A stretch of DNA of 64,000 bases, from the NCBI RefSeq assembly GCF_009914755.1, contig NC_060947.1; one strand, written 5' to 3'. Both the position numbers and the translations under genes were made by a program. Position 1 is the stretch's first letter; every line of letters starts with the position of its first letter. The DNA is from the human T2T-CHM13v2.0 reference genome, Homo sapiens. This document shows positions 1 to 14,031 of this stretch, piece by piece. The notes beneath the pieces were generated by a model. The model saw nothing but the letters and a program-made list of their open reading frames with translations. It ran no database searches and had not been told where the DNA came from.

Positions 1-922
1 AAATGGGATCTACTTAAACTAAAGAGCTTCTGCACAGCAAAAGAAAGTATTATCAGAGTGAACAGGCAACCTGCAGAATGGAAGAAAATGTTTGCAATCT
101 ATCCATCTGACAAAGGTCTAATATCCAGAATCTACAAGGAACTTCAACAAATTTCCAAGAAAAAACAAACAAACAAAGCTCAACATCACTGATCATCAGA
201 GAAATGAAAATCAAAACAACAATGAGATACCACCTCATGCCCGTGAGAATGGCAACTATTAAAAAGTCAGGAAACAATAGATGCTGGGGAGGCTGCAGAG
301 AAAGAAGAATGCTTTTACACTGTTGGTGGGAATGTAAATTAGTTCAACCATTGTGGAAGACAGTGTGGCGATTCCTCAAGGATCTGGAACCAGAAATACC
401 ATTTGACCCAGCAATCCCATTACTGGGTATATACTCAAGAGAATATAAATCATTCTACTATGAAGACACATGCACACGTATGTTTATTGCAGCACTATTT
501 ACAATAGAAAAGACATGAAACCAACCGAAATGCTTATCAATAATAGAATGAAGAAAATGTAGTACACATATACCATGGACCACTATGCAGCCATAAAAAA
601 AATTGGATCATGTCCTTTGCAGGGACATGGATGAAGCTGAAAGCCATCATCTTCAGCAAACTAACACAGGAACAGAAAACCAAACACCCCATGTTCTCAC
701 TCATAAGTGGGAGTTGAACATTGAGAACACATGGGCACAGGGAGGGTAATAACACACCAGGGACAGTTGGGGGTGAGGGGTGAGGGGAGGGAATTTAGAG
801 GATGGGTCAATAGGTGCAGCAAACCACCATGGCACATGTATACCTATGAAACAAACCTGCACATTCTGCATATATATCTCATTTTTTTTAAGAATAAAAA
901 AAGAGAGAGAAAAAAAAGAAAA
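1..922 (+). mobile_element. L1PA (older primate LINE-1) 3' portion: ORF2 C-terminus, 3'UTR and A/GA-rich tail; 5' part lies outside the window
   Basis: ORF 204-518 gives the L1 ORF2p C-terminal CCHC region ([14 protein letters not shown]). L1 3'UTR with G-rich tract follows, then an A-rich tail at about 895-922. About 90 bp of ORF2 is missing near 175. Confidence 0.93.
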
Positions 923-1060
923 ACTACCTATTCGGTACTATGCTCACTCCCTGGATTACAGGACCCATGCTTCAATCTTTAGCATCACACAATATACCCA
1001 TGTTACTAATCATCACATATACCCTCATATGTAAAAGAAAAGTTGAAATTATATTTTTTA
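923..1060 (+). mobile_element. 3' end fragment of an older L1 (L1PA15-16/L1PB-like)
   Basis: ctacctattcggtactatgctcac...agcatcacacaatatacccatg...aaaagttgaaatt resembles the terminal 3'UTR of older primate L1s. Confidence 0.65.
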
Positions 1061-1064
1061 AAAT

Positions 1065-1888
1065 GTTTTACATCAAGGAAGAGCCCAGGACCTGACAGTT
1101 TCACTGTTGAATTCCAGCAAATATTTTAAAAGGTACTAATACAAATTTTCCACAAACTTTTACAAAAAATTGAAGAAGATTGATTCCTTCCTAACCCATG
1201 TTACAAGTCCGGCATTACCCTGATTCCACAACCATTCAAGGAAACAACAAAAATAAATATTCCAGGCCAGTATTTCTGATGAAAATAGTTGCAAAAATTA
1301 TCATCAAGATATTAGCAAATGGTATCAATAGTTCAAATGATAATTTACTATGATCAGTTCAAATTTTTCCCAGAGATATAAGGATAGTTTATGACATGCA
1401 AATAAATAAATGTGATACAACACATTAACAGACAAACAAAAATTATATGATTATTTCAGTAGACACAAAAATGCATTTTACAAAATCATCATCCCTTCAT
1501 GATAAGAACTCAAAAAATTTCATGTAGAAGGATTGTACATAAACACAATAAAGGCCATAGATGACAAACTCACAGTGAACTTAATACTGAATGGGGAGCA
1601 ACTGAAAATATTTTCTCTAGAAATTAGCAACAAAACAAGAATGCCCATTTTCGCTATTTCTATTCAAGACAGCACTGGAAGCATTAGCCAGAGCACTTAG
1701 GCATGAGAGAGAAATAACAGGCATTCAAATTGAAAAGGAGGAAGTCAAACCATCCCTGTTCACAGAGGACATAATCTTATATGTAAAAAATACTAAAGAT
1801 TCCACCAAAAAATAGACATTAGAACTAATAAACAAACCCAGTAAAGTTACAGGATGCAAACTTAGCATACAAAACTTAGAAGCATTTC
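1065..1888 (+). mobile_element. Ancient L1M ORF2 (RT region) fragment
   Basis: Degenerate ORF2 sequence from gagcccaggacctgacagtttcactg to agttacaggatgcaaa; cut off by the minus-strand L1 at about 1889. Confidence 0.8.
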
Positions 1889-4800
1889 TTTCTTGTTTTT
1901 TCTTCAACTTTTAAGTTCAGGGGTACATGTGCAGAATATGAAGGTTTCTTACATAGGTAAATGTATGCCATTATGGACTGCTGCATAGATGATCCCATCC
2001 CCCAGGATCCAGCCTAGCATCCATTAGCTGTTCTTTCCAATGCTCTCCCTCTTCTCACTCCAACTCCTCTGACAGGTCTCAGTGTATGTTGTTCCCTTCC
2101 ATGCGTCCATGTGTTCTCATCATTCAGATCCCACTTATAAGTGAAAACATGCAGTATTTGGTTTTCCGTTCTTGCATTAGTTTGCTGAAAATAATGGCTT
2201 CCAACTCCATTCATGTCCCTGCAAAGGACATGATCTTGTTCCATTTTATGGCTGCATAGTATTTTATGGTGTATATGTACCACATTTTCTTTATTCAGTC
2301 TATCATTAATGGGCATTTGGGTTGATTCCATGTCTTTGCTTTTGTGAATAGTGCTGCAATGAACATATGTGTGTATGTATCTTTATAATAGAATGATTTA
2401 TATTCCTTTGGGTATATACCCAGTAATGGGATTGCTGGGTGAAATGGAGTTTCCACACCTAGGTGTTTGAGGAATTGCCACACTGTCTCCCACAATGGTT
2501 GAACTAATTTATGTTCTCACCGACAGAGTAAAAGCTTTCCTTTTTTTCCACAACCTTGCCAGCATCTGTTGCTTTTTGCCTTTTTAATAACAGCTATTCT
2601 AACTGGCATAATATGGTATCTCATTGTGGTTTTGATTTGGATTCCTCTAATGATCAGTGATGTTGAGCTTTTTTTCATGTTTGTTGGCCACATATGTCTT
2701 CTTTTGAGAAGTGTCTATTTATGTTCTTTGCCCACTTTTTAATTGGGTTGTTTGTTTATTTTGTTGTTGTGAATTTAAGTTTCTTGTAGACTCTGGATAT
2801 TAGACCATCATCAGATGAATAGATTGCAAAACTTTTCTCCCATTCTGTAAGTTGTCTGTTCAAGCTGATGATTGTTTCTTTTGATGTGCTGAAGCTCTTT
2901 GCTTTAATTAGATCCTAATTGTCAATTTTTGCTTTTGTTGCAATTGCCTTTGGTGTTTTCATCATGAAATCTTTGCAAGTGCCTATGTCCTTAATGGTAT
3001 TGCCTAGATATTCTTCTAGGGTTTTTACAGTTTGGGGTTTTATATTTAAGTTTTTAATCCATCTTGAGTTGAGTTTTGTATATCATGTAAGGAAGGGATA
3101 CAGTTTCAATTTTCTGCACATGGCTAGCCAGTTCTTCCAGCAGCATTTATTAAATATAAAATCCTTTCCCTCTTGCCTATTTTTGTCAGGTTTGTCAAAG
3201 ATCAGATGGTTGTAGGTGTGTAGTCTTATTTCTGAGATCTCTATTCTGTTCCATTGGTCTGTATGTCTGTTCTTGTACCAGTACCATGCTGTTTTGATAC
3301 TGTAGCCCTGTAGTATATTTTGAAGTCAGGTAGAGTGATGCCTCTTGCCTTGTTCTTTTTGCTTAGGATTGTCTTGGTGATTCGAGCTCTTTTTTGGTTC
3401 CATAGGAATTTTAAAATAGTTTTTTTTTCTAGTTCTGTGAAGAATTTCAATGGTACTTTAATGGGAATAGCATTGACTCTACCAATTACTTTGGGCAGTA
3501 TAGCCATTTTCGGATTAATATTTTCATCCATGAGCATGGAATGTTTCTTTATTTGTATCCTCCCTGATTTATTTGAGCAGTGGTTTGTAGCTCTCCTTGA
3601 AGAGGTCCTTCACTTCCCTTGTTAGCTGTATTCTTAGGTATTTTACTCTTTTTGTAGCAATTATGAATGGAAATTTATTAATGATTTGTCTCTCTGCTTG
3701 TCTGTTGTTGTATAGGAATGTTTGTGACTTCTGCACATTGATTTTGTATCCTGAGACTTTGCTAAAGTTGCTTATCAGCTTAGAAAGCTATTGGGATGAG
3801 ATGATGGTGTTTTGAGATATAGGATCATGTCATCTGCAAACAAAAATAATTTGACTTCATCTCTTCCTATTTCAGTACTCTCTATTTCTTTCTCTTGCCT
3901 GATTGCCCTGGCCAGAACTTCCAATATTATGTTTAACAGGAGTGGTGAGAGAGGGCATGCTTGTCTTGTGTCCACTTTTAAGGGGAATGCTTCCAGCTTT
4001 TGCCCATTCAGTATGATACTGGCTGTGGGTTTTTCATGTATGGTTTTTATTATTTTGAGGTATGTTCCGTGAATGCCTTGTTTACTGAGAGTTTTTAACC
4101 TGAAGGGATGTTGAATTCTATCAAAAGCCTTTTCTGCATCTATTGAGATAATCACATGTTTTATGTTTTAGTTCTGTTTATGGGATGAATCACATTCATT
4201 GATTTGCATAAGTTAAACAAACCTTGCGTCCTGGGGATGAAGCCAACTTGATCGTGATAAGCCATGTGCTGCTGGATTTGGTTTGCCAATATTTTATTCA
4301 GAATTTTTGCACTGATTTTCATCAAGGATCTTGGCCTGAGGTTTTTGTTGTTGTTGTTGTTGTTGTTGTTGTATCTCTGCCAAGTTTGAATATCCAGATG
4401 ATTCTGGCCTCATAGAATGAATTGAGGAGGAGTCCCTCCTTTTCAATTTTTTGGAATAGTTTCAGTAGAAATCGCACCAACTCTTCTTTGTACCTTGGTA
4501 GAATTGAGCTGTGAGTCCATCTGATGGTCCTGAGATTTTTTGGTGGGTAGGATATTTATTACTGCCTAAATTTCAGCTTTGGGGATGAGATAATGGGGTT
4601 TTTGAGATATAAGATCATGTCATCTGAAGACAAAAATAATTGGACTCCCACTCTTTCTATTTCAATGCCCTTTATTTATTTCTCTTACCTAGTTGCCCTC
4701 ACCAGAACATCCAATACTATGTTTATTGGTCTCTTCAGGCATTTAACTTCTTCCTGGTTCAGTGTTGGGAGGATGTATGTGTCCAGGAATTTATTAATTT

Positions 4801-5366
4801 CTTCTAGATTTGCTAGTTTAGGTTCATAGATGTGTTTGTAGTATTCCCTAATGGTTGTTTGTATTTCTGTGGGGTCAGTGGTGATATCCCCCTTATTTCT
4901 AACTATGTTTATTTTATTCTTGTCTCTTTTATTCATTAGTCTAGCTAGAAGTCTCTCATTTTATTTATTTATTTTTTTCAAAAAACCAGCTCCTGAATTT
5001 GTCGATTTTTTTGAAGGGTTTTTTCTGTGTGTGTGACTCTATCTCCTTCAGTTTGGCTCTAATCTTGGTTATTTCTTGTCTTCTGCTAGCTTTGGGGTTT
5101 GTTTTCTCTTGGTTCTCTAGTGTTTAGTTGAGATGTTAGGTTTTAACTTGACATCTTTCTAGCTTTTTGATGTGGACATTTAGTACTATACATTTCTCTC
5201 TTAACACCGCTTTAGCTGCATCCCAGAGATACTGGTATATTATCTCCTTGATCTCATTAGCTTCAAAAAACTTCTCGATGCCTGCCTTAATTTCATTATT
5301 TACCCAAAAGTCATTCATGAATAGGTTATTCAAGTTCCATGTAGTTGTGTGGTTTTGAGTGAATTT
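1889..5366 (-). mobile_element. 5'-truncated L1PA (about L1PA10-13), with an internal 150-bp duplication
   Basis: T-rich tail at about 1886-1905, reverse-complement 3'UTR, and ORF2 fragments on the minus strand (e.g. 3775-4155 ...[10 protein letters not shown]). No convincing TSD. Confidence 0.93.
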
Positions 5367-5411
5367 TTTTCCCAATATTAAAATTAGCATGTACTAGCTC
5401 CTACTTTGCTT

Positions 5412-8400
5412 ATTCTTTTATTATTATACTTCAAATTCTGGGATATGTGTGCAGAATGTGCAGGGTTGTTAAATAGGTATACATGTGCCACGGTGGTTTG
5501 CATCACCCATCAACCCATCATCTAAATTAGGTATTTCTCCTAATGCTTTCCCTCCCCTAACCCCCCACCCCCTGACAGGCCCCAGTGTGTGATGCTCCCC
5601 TCCCTGGTTCCGTGTGTTCTCATTGTTCAACTCCCACTTATGAGTGAGAACATATGGTCTTTGGTTTTCTGTTCCTGTGTTAGTTTGCTGAGAATGACGG
5701 TTTCCATCTTCATCCACATCCTTGCAAAGGACATGAACTTATCCTTTTTTATGGCTGCATAGTATTCCATGGTGTATATGTGCCACATTTTCTTTATCCA
5801 ATCTATCTTTGATGGGCATTTGGGTTGGTTCCAAGTCTTTGCTATTGTGAAGAGTGCTGCAATAAACATACGTGTGCGTGTGTCTTTATAGTAGAATGAT
5901 TTATAATCCTTTGGGTATATACCCAGTAATGGGATTGCTGGGTCAAATGGTATTTCTGGTTCTAAATTCTTAAGGAATCACCCCACTGTCTTCCACAATG
6001 GTTGAACTAATTTACATTCCCACCAACAGTGTAAAAGCATTCCTATTTCTCCACAGCCTTGCCAGCATCTGTTGTTTCCTGACTTTTTAAAGATGCCCAT
6101 TCTAACTGGAGTGAGATGGTATCTCATTGTGGTTTTGATTTGCATTTCTCTAACGACCAGTGGTGATAAGTTTTTTTAAATGTTTGCTGCCCACATACAT
6201 GTCTTCTTTTGAGAAGTGTCTATTCATACCCTTCCCCCACATTTTGATGGGGTTGTTTGTTTTTTGCTTCTAAATTTCTTTAATCTCCTTGTAGATTCTG
6301 GATATTAGACCTTTGTCAGGTGGATAGATTGCAAACATTTTCTCTCACTCTGTAGGTTGCCTGTCCACTCTGATGATAGCTTCTTTTGCTGTGCAGAAGC
6401 ACTTTAGTTTAATTAGATCCCATTTGTCAATTTTGGCTTCTGTTGCCATTGTTTTTGGTGTTTTAGTCATGAAGTCTTTGCCCATGCCTATGTCCTGAAT
6501 GATATTGCCTAGGTTTTCTTCTAGAGTTTTCATGGTTTTGGGTTTTACTTTTAAGTCTTTAATTCATCTTGAGTTAATTTTTGTATAAGGTGTAAGGAAG
6601 GGGTCCAGTTTCAGTTTTCTGCATATGGCTAGCATGTTTTCCCAGCACCATTTACTGAATACGAGATCCTTTTCCCATTGCTCATTTTTGTCAGGTTTGT
6701 CAAAGATCAGATGGCTGTAGATTTGTGGTATTATTTCTGAGGTCTCTGTTCTTCTCCATTGGTCTACATGTCTGTTTTGGTACCAGTACCATGCATGTTT
6801 GTTTACTGTAGTCTCATAGTATGGTTTGTAATCAGGTAGCATGAGGCCTCCAGCTTTGTTCTGTTCCCTTAGGATTGTCTTGGCTATACAGGCTTTTTTT
6901 TTTTTTTTTGGTTCCATATGAAATATAAAGTAGTTTTTCTTAATTCTATGAAGAAAGTCAATGGTAGCTTGGTGGGAATAGTATTGAATCTTTGAATTAC
7001 TTTAGGCAGTATGGCCATTTTCATGATACTGATTCCTTCAATCCATGAGCATGGAATGTTCTACCATTTGTTTGTGTCCTCTCTTATTTCGTTGAGCAGT
7101 GGTTTGTAGTTCTCCTTGAAGAGGTCCTTCACATCCCTTGTAAGTTGTATTCCTAGGTATTTTATTTTCTTTGTAGCAATTGTGAAATGGAGCTCACTCA
7201 TGATTTGGCTCTCTGTTTGTCTATTATTGGTGTATAGGAATGCTTGTGATTTTTGCACATTGATTTTGTATCCTGAGAGTTTGCTGAAGTTGCTTATCAG
7301 TTCAAGGAAATTTTGGGCTGAGATGATGGTGTTCTCTAAATATATAATCATGTCATCTGCAAACAGAGACAGTTTGACTGTCTCTCTTTATATTTGAATA
7401 CCTTTATTTCTTTCTCTTGCTTGATTGCCCTTGCCAGAACTTCTGATACTACGTTGAATTAGGAGTGGTGACAGAGAGCATCCTTGTCTTGTGCTGGCTT
7501 TCAAAGGAAATGCTTCCAGCTTTTGCCATATTCAGTTTGATATTGGCTGTCAGTTTGTCATAAATAGCTCTTATTATTTTAAGATACGTTCCATCAATAT
7601 CTAGTTTATTGAGAGTTTTTAGCATGAAGGTGTTGAATTTTATTGAAGGATTTTTCTGCATCTATTGAGATAATCATGTGGTTTTTGGCATTGGTTCTGT
7701 TTATGTGATAGATTATGTTTATTAATTTGTGTATGTTGAACCAGCTTTGCATCCCAGGGATGAAACAAATTTGATCATGGTGGATAAGCTTTTTGATGTG
7801 CTGCTGGATTCAGTTTGCCAGTATTTTATTGAGGATTTTTGCATTAATGTTTATTGGGGATATTGGCCTGAAATTTTCTTTTTTTGTTGTGTCTCTGCCA
7901 GGTTTTGGTGTTAGGATGATTCTGGCCTCATAAAATGAGTTAGAGAGGAGTCACTCTTTTTCTATTGTTTGGAATAGTTTCAGGAAAAATGTGACCAGCT
8001 CCTCTTTGTACCTCTGGTCAAATTCAGCTGTGAATCTGTCTGGTCCTAGGCTTCTTTTGGTTGGTAGGCTATTAAATACTGCCTCAATTTCAGGACTTGT
8101 TATTGATCTTTTCAGGGAATCGTTTTCCTCCTGGTTTAATCTTGGGAGGGTGTATGTGTCCAGGAGTGTATCCATTTCTTCTAGATTTTCTAGTTTATTT
8201 GAAAAGAGGTGTTTATAGTATGCTCTGATGGTAGTTTTTATTTCTCTGTGATCAGTGGTGATATCCCCTTCATCATTTTTATTGTGTCTATTTGATTCTT
8301 CATTCTTTTCTTCTTTATTAGTCTGGATAGCAGTCTATCTACTGTGTTAATTTTTTCAGTAAAACAACTCCTGGATTCATTGATTTTTTGAAGGGTTTTT

Positions 8401-11400
8401 CATGTCTCTACCTCCTTCAGTTCTGCTCTGATCTTAATTATTTTTTGTCTTCTGCTAGCCTTTAAATTTGTTTGCTCTTGCTTCTCTAGTTCTTTTAATT
8501 GTAATGTTAGGGTGTCAATTTTACATCTTTCCTGCTTTCTCTTGTGCACATTTAGTGCCATAAATTTCCCTCTAAACACTGCTCTAGCTGTGCCCCAGTG
8601 ACTCTGGTACATTGTGTCTTTGTTCTCATTGGTTTCAAAAAACTTATTTACACTTGCCTTAATTTTGTTATTTACCCAGTACTCATTCAGGAGCAGATTG
8701 TTCCATTTCCATGTAGTTATGCGGTTTTGAGTGAGTTTGTTAATCCTGAGTTCTAAATTTATTGCACTGTGGCCTCAAAGACTGTTATGATTTCCATTGT
8801 TCTGCATTTGCTGAGAAGTGTTTTACTTCCAATTATGTGGTCAATCTTAAAATAAGTTTGATGTGGTGCTGAAAATAATGTATATTCCGTTGATGTGGGG
8901 TGGAAAGTTGTGTAGATGTCTATTAGGTCCACTTAATTCAGAGCTGTTCACGTCTTGAATATCCTTAATTTTCTGTTTCATTGATCTGTCAAATATTGAC
9001 AGTGGGGCATTAAAGTCTCCTACTCTTATTGTGTGGGAGTCTAAGTCTCTTTGCAGGTCTCCAAGGACTTGCGTTATGAATCTGGGTGCTCCTGTATAGA
9101 ATGCATATATATTTAGGATAGTTAGCTCTTCTTGTTGCATTGATCCCTTTACCATTATGTAATGCCCTTCTTTGTCTTTCTTGATCTTTGTTGGTTTAAA
9201 GTCTCTTTTATAAGAGACTAGGATTGCAAGCCCTGCTTCTTCTGCTTTCCATTTTCTTGGTAAATATTCTCCATCCCTTAATTTTCAGCCTATGTGTGTC
9301 TTTGTACATGAGATGGGTCTTCTGAATACAACAAATCTATGGGTCTTGACTCTTCATCCAATTTGCCAGTCTGTGTCTTTTAATTGGAGCATTTATTCAG
9401 TTTACATTTACTGTTACTATTGTTATGTGTAAATGTGATTTTGTCATTATGATGCTAGCTAGTTATTTTGCCCGTTAGTTGATGCAGTTAATTCATAGTG
9501 TCAATGGTCTTTACAATTCAATATGTTTTTGCAGTGGCTGGTACAAGTTTTTCCTTTCCATATGTACTGCCTCCTTCAGGAGCTTTTGTAAGGCAGACCT
9601 GGTGGTGACAAAATCTCTCAGCATTTGCTTGTCTGTAAAGAATTTTACTTCTCCTTCACTTATGAAGCTTAGTTTGGCTGAATATGAAATTCTGAGTTGA
9701 AAATTCTTTTTTTTAAGAATGTTGAATATTGGTCCCCACTCTCTTCTGGCTTATAGGGTTTCTACATAGAGATTTGCTGTTAGTCTGATGGGCTTCCCTT
9801 TGTGGGTTACCCAACCTTTCTCTCTGGCTGCCCTTAACATTTTTTTCCTGCATTTCAACTTTCGTGAATCTGGCAATTATGTGTCTTGGGTTTGCTCTTC
9901 TCGAGGAGTATCTTTGTGGTGTTCTCTGTATTTCCAGAATTTGAATGTTGGCTTGTCTTGCTAGGTTGGGGAAGTCCTCCTGTATAATATCCTGAATAGT
10001 GTTTTCCAGCTTGCTTCCATTCTCCCTGTAACCTTCAGGTACACCCATCAAACTTAAGTTTGGTCTTTTCACATAGTCCCACATAACTTGGAGGCTTTGT
10101 TCGTTCCTTTTCATTCTTTTTTCTCTAATCTTGTCTTCAGGCTTTATTTCATTAAGTTGATATTCAGTCTCTGATGTGCTTTCTTCTGCTTTATCGATTT
10201 GGCTATTGATGCTTGTGTATGCTTCATAAAGTTCTTGTGCTGTGTTTTTCAGCTCCATCAGATCATTTACGTTCTTCTCTAAACTGGTTATTCTACTTAG
10301 CAATTCCTCTAACCTTTTTCAAGGTTTTTAGCTTCCTTGCATTGGGCTAGAACATGCTCCTTTAGTTTGGAGGTGTTTCTTATTACCCACCTTCTGAAGC
10401 CTACTTCTGTCAATTCGTCAAACATTCTCCATCCAGTTTTGTTCCTTTGCTGGCAAGGAGTTGTGATCCTCTGGAGGAGAAGAGGCCGTCTGGTTTTTGG
10501 AATTTTCAGCCTTTTTGCACTGTTTTTTCCTCATCTTCGTGGATTTATCTACCTTTGGTCTTTGATGTTGGTGACCTTCAGATGGGGTTTCTCTTTGGAG
10601 GTCCTTTTCATTAATGTTGATGTTATTCCTTTCTGTTTGTTAGTTTTCCTTCTAATAGTCAGACCCCTAAGCTGCAGGTCTACTGGAGTTTGCTGGAGGT
10701 TCACTCCAGAATCTCTTTGCCTGGTTATCACCATCAGCGTCCACAGAACAGCAAAGATTGCTGCCTTCTTTTTCCTCTGGAAGCTTCATCCCAGAGAGGC
10801 ACCTACCAGATGCCAGCCAGAGCTCTCCTGTATGAGGTGTCTGTCAGTTTCTGCTGTGAGATGTCTCCTAGTCAGGAGACATGCGGATCAGAGACCCACT
10901 TGTGCAGGCAGTCTGACCCTTAGCAGAGCTCAAACGCTGTACTGGGAGATCTGCTACTCTCTTTAGAGCAGGCAGGCAGATATGTTTAAGTCTGTTGAAG
11001 CTGCACCCACAGCCACCTCTTCCCCCAGGTGATCTGTCCCAGGGAGATGGGGGTTTTATCTATAAGCCCCTGAATGGGGCTGCTGCCTTTTTTCAGAGAT
11101 GCCCTGCCCATAGAGGAGGAATCAGGAGAGGCAGTCTGGCCACATTGGCTTTGCTGAGCTGTGGAGGGCTCCACCCAGTTGCAACGTCCCCACAGGTTTG
11201 TTTACACTGTAATGAGACAACCACCTACTCAAGCCTCAGTAATGTTGGATGCCTCTCCCCCCACCAAGCTCGGGTGTCCCAGGTCAACTTCAGACTGCTG
11301 TGCCTGCAGTGAGAATTTCAAGCCAGTGGATATTAGCTTGCTGGGAACTGTGGGGATGGGATCTCTTGAACTAGACCACTTGGATCCCTGTCTTCAGCCT

Positions 11401-11490
11401 CTCTTTCCTGGAAGTGAACAGCTGTGTCTCACTGACATTCCAGGTGCCACTGGGAGATGTATATATATATATGTATGTATCTATATATAG

Positions 11491-11542
<52 letters not shown>

Positions 11543-11945
11543 TGCAGCTAGCTCAGTGTCTGCCCAAATGGCTACCCAGTTTTGTGCTTGAAACCCAGGG
11601 TGCTGGTGGCATAGGCACCCGAGGGAATTTCCTGGTCTGTGGGTTGCGAAGACCATGGGAAAAGCATAGTATCTGGGCGAGAGTGCACCATTTCTCATGG
11701 CACAGTCCCTCATCGCTTTCTTTGGCTAGGGGAGGGAGTTCCCCAACCCCTTGCACTTCTTGGGTGAGGCAACGCCCCATCCTACTTCAGCTCACCCTCT
11801 GTGGGCTACACCCACTGTCTAACAAGTCCCATTGAGAAGCTCCAGGTAACTCAGTTGGAAATGCAGAAATCACCCACTTTCTGCATTGATCTTGCTGGGA
11901 GCTGCACACTGGAGCAGTTCCAATTCAGCCATCTTGCCAGCCTCT
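5412..11945 (-). mobile_element. Full-length, inactivated L1PA7/8-like element
   Basis: 3'UTR at 5412-5626; broken ORF2 from ATG about 9447 to stop 5627; broken ORF1 from ATG about 10534 (9713-10303 piece matches ORF1p); long 5'UTR ending in the reverse complement of gctggcaagatggctgaattggaac at about 11940. No clean TSD seen. Confidence 0.95.
11458..11540. repeat. (TA)n-rich microsatellite inside the L1 5'UTR
   Basis: Interrupted then pure (TA)n run read directly from the sequence. Confidence 0.97.
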
Positions 11946-11949
11946 CTTG

Positions 11950-14031
11950 AGTATGATTTAAGATTATATATTATCTCTTCTTTTGCTGTATCATTTATAC
12001 TTTTTTGTTCTTAACATTTTGGCAGTTACTTTGGGGTTTACAATATCCATTTTAAATAGTTGGATTCTACCTTCACATAACATTATACACTGCATGCATA
12101 GTGTAAATATATTTTATCAGAGTATGCCTAATTCCTTTTTTCTGTCTTTTTTGGTATTGCTGTTATTTATTTTACTTATGCATATACTATAAATACCAAT
12201 ACATTGCTGCTATTATTGCTTTAAGCAGTTATATTTTAGATTAATAATAAAAACAATTAAAAATTGTTTTATTTTTATTAATTCTTTTTCCGATGATTTT
12301 AATTTGTATGTAGATCCAAGTTTCTTATATGCCTAACAAATTTACTTTCTGATGATAAACTTCTAACATTTCTTGTAGGACATATCTTCTGGCAATAAAT
12401 TACCACAGTATCTGTCCAAAATTTTTTTTATTTCTCCTTCAATTTTGAAGGAAAATTTTCTTTCTGGATGTAGAATACTAGGTGTGTAGATTTTTCTTAC
12501 ACCATATTAAAGATTTAACTGCATGGTTTCTGATGAAAGGTATGCTGTAACTTCTTTCTTCCATACATGAGTTTGCTTCTTTTGATTCTTACAAGATTTT
12601 CCTTTCATTTTTGGTTTTCTGCAGTTTGACTGTGATATATCTTCATGTGGGTTTTTTTCAGTTTTTGTCCAGCTTGGTGTTCTGGGGCATTTGACTTTGC
12701 ATACAAATATTAGAATAAACTTTTCTATATCTACAAAACCCTTGGTGGGGCTTTGATAAATATTGTGTTAAATAGGTTCATCAATAAGGGGAAGTCTGAC
12801 TTCTTTACTATATTTGGTCTTCTAATCCAGCAATACATTTTTTTCTTCATTAATTTAGGTCTTTTATTGATTTCATCAGCATTTTGTAATTTTCTGCATA
12901 GAGATCCTATACACTGCATGACTCATTGTTAAGTTTATACCTAAGTATCTTATTTTTATGCACTTAATGAATGATATTGTGTTTCTAATATTTACTTCTA
13001 CACATTCATTATTAGTATGTATAATTGTATTTTTTTGTTTGTTTGTTTTTGAGACAGAGTCTTGCCCTGTTCCCCAGGCTGGAGTGCAGTGGCAAAAACA
13101 TGACTCACTGCAGCCTCCGCCTCCCAGAGCCAAGTCAACCTGCAGCTTTAGCCTCCTGAAAAACTGAGACCATGGGCATGTACAACTATGCCTGGCTAAT
13201 TTATTTTACTTTATTTTATTTTTTGTAGAGATGCAGTCTCCCATGTTGCTCAGGCTGTTCTTGAACTCCTAGGCTTAAGTGATCCTTCTGCCTTGGCCTC
13301 CCAAAGTGCTGGGATTACAGGCATGAGCCACCACACCTGGCCTAGAAATGTAATTTCTATTTTGATGAGTATCCTGTGTCCTGCAATCTTACTGATCTCA
13401 CTTATTCTTATTCGTTATAGTAAGTGTTTTGTAGAATACTTGGGATTTTCCACATAGACAATTATGACATTTGAAATAGGGACAGTTTAATTTCTTTCTT
13501 TTCTAAAAGCATGCCTTAAATTATTTCATACTTTATTGCACTGGCTAGAACTTCCAGTAATATCAATTATAAGAGTGGTGAGAGCAGACACCTTTCCTTA
13601 TTCCCAATCTTGAAGGGAAAATATTTACTCTTTAACCATAAAGTATGTGGTTAGCTGTAGACCTTTTATAGATTCTCTTCATTAAGTTATGGAATATTTC
13701 TGTTATTCCTAGTTTGCTGAGCATTTTATCATGTGTGAGTCCTCCATTTTGTCAAATTATTTTTGTGTTACTTGATATGAATATATATTTTTCTTCTTTA
13801 GCTTATTGATATAGTGGATTACATTGGTTAATTTTCAAATACTGAATGACAATTTTATACTTGAAATAAATCTTACTTGCTATGATTTATAATCTTTTAA
13901 ATACATTGTTTGCTTTGATTTGTTAATATTTTGTTAACAATTTTTTGTCTAAATTCATGACACATATTGATATGTAGTTTTATTTTTTAAAATTTGTACT
14001 GTCTGCCTGATTTTAGTATCATAGCAGCATT
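11950..14031 (-). mobile_element. Ancient L1M fragments (5'/ORF1 region and ORF2), interrupted by an AluJ
   Basis: AT-rich degenerate minus-strand ORF2 motifs, e.g. ctggctagaacttccagta...agagtggtgagagcagaca. Confidence 0.7.
13031..13342 (-). mobile_element. AluJ
   Basis: Reverse-complement Alu dimer with J-type features (cactgcagcctc, ctcctaggcttaagtgatcc); high divergence. Confidence 0.92.

Noticed and set aside
5396-5420. TSD for the full-length minus-strand L1
   Set aside because: The best match to the right flank (about 11945-11959) is only about 9/15 in AT-rich sequence.
10337-10966. 209-aa ORF and similar 60-180 aa ORFs across the window as novel genes
   Set aside because: They are antisense or off-frame translations of L1, Alu, MaLR or HERV-H sequence with no independent coding evidence.
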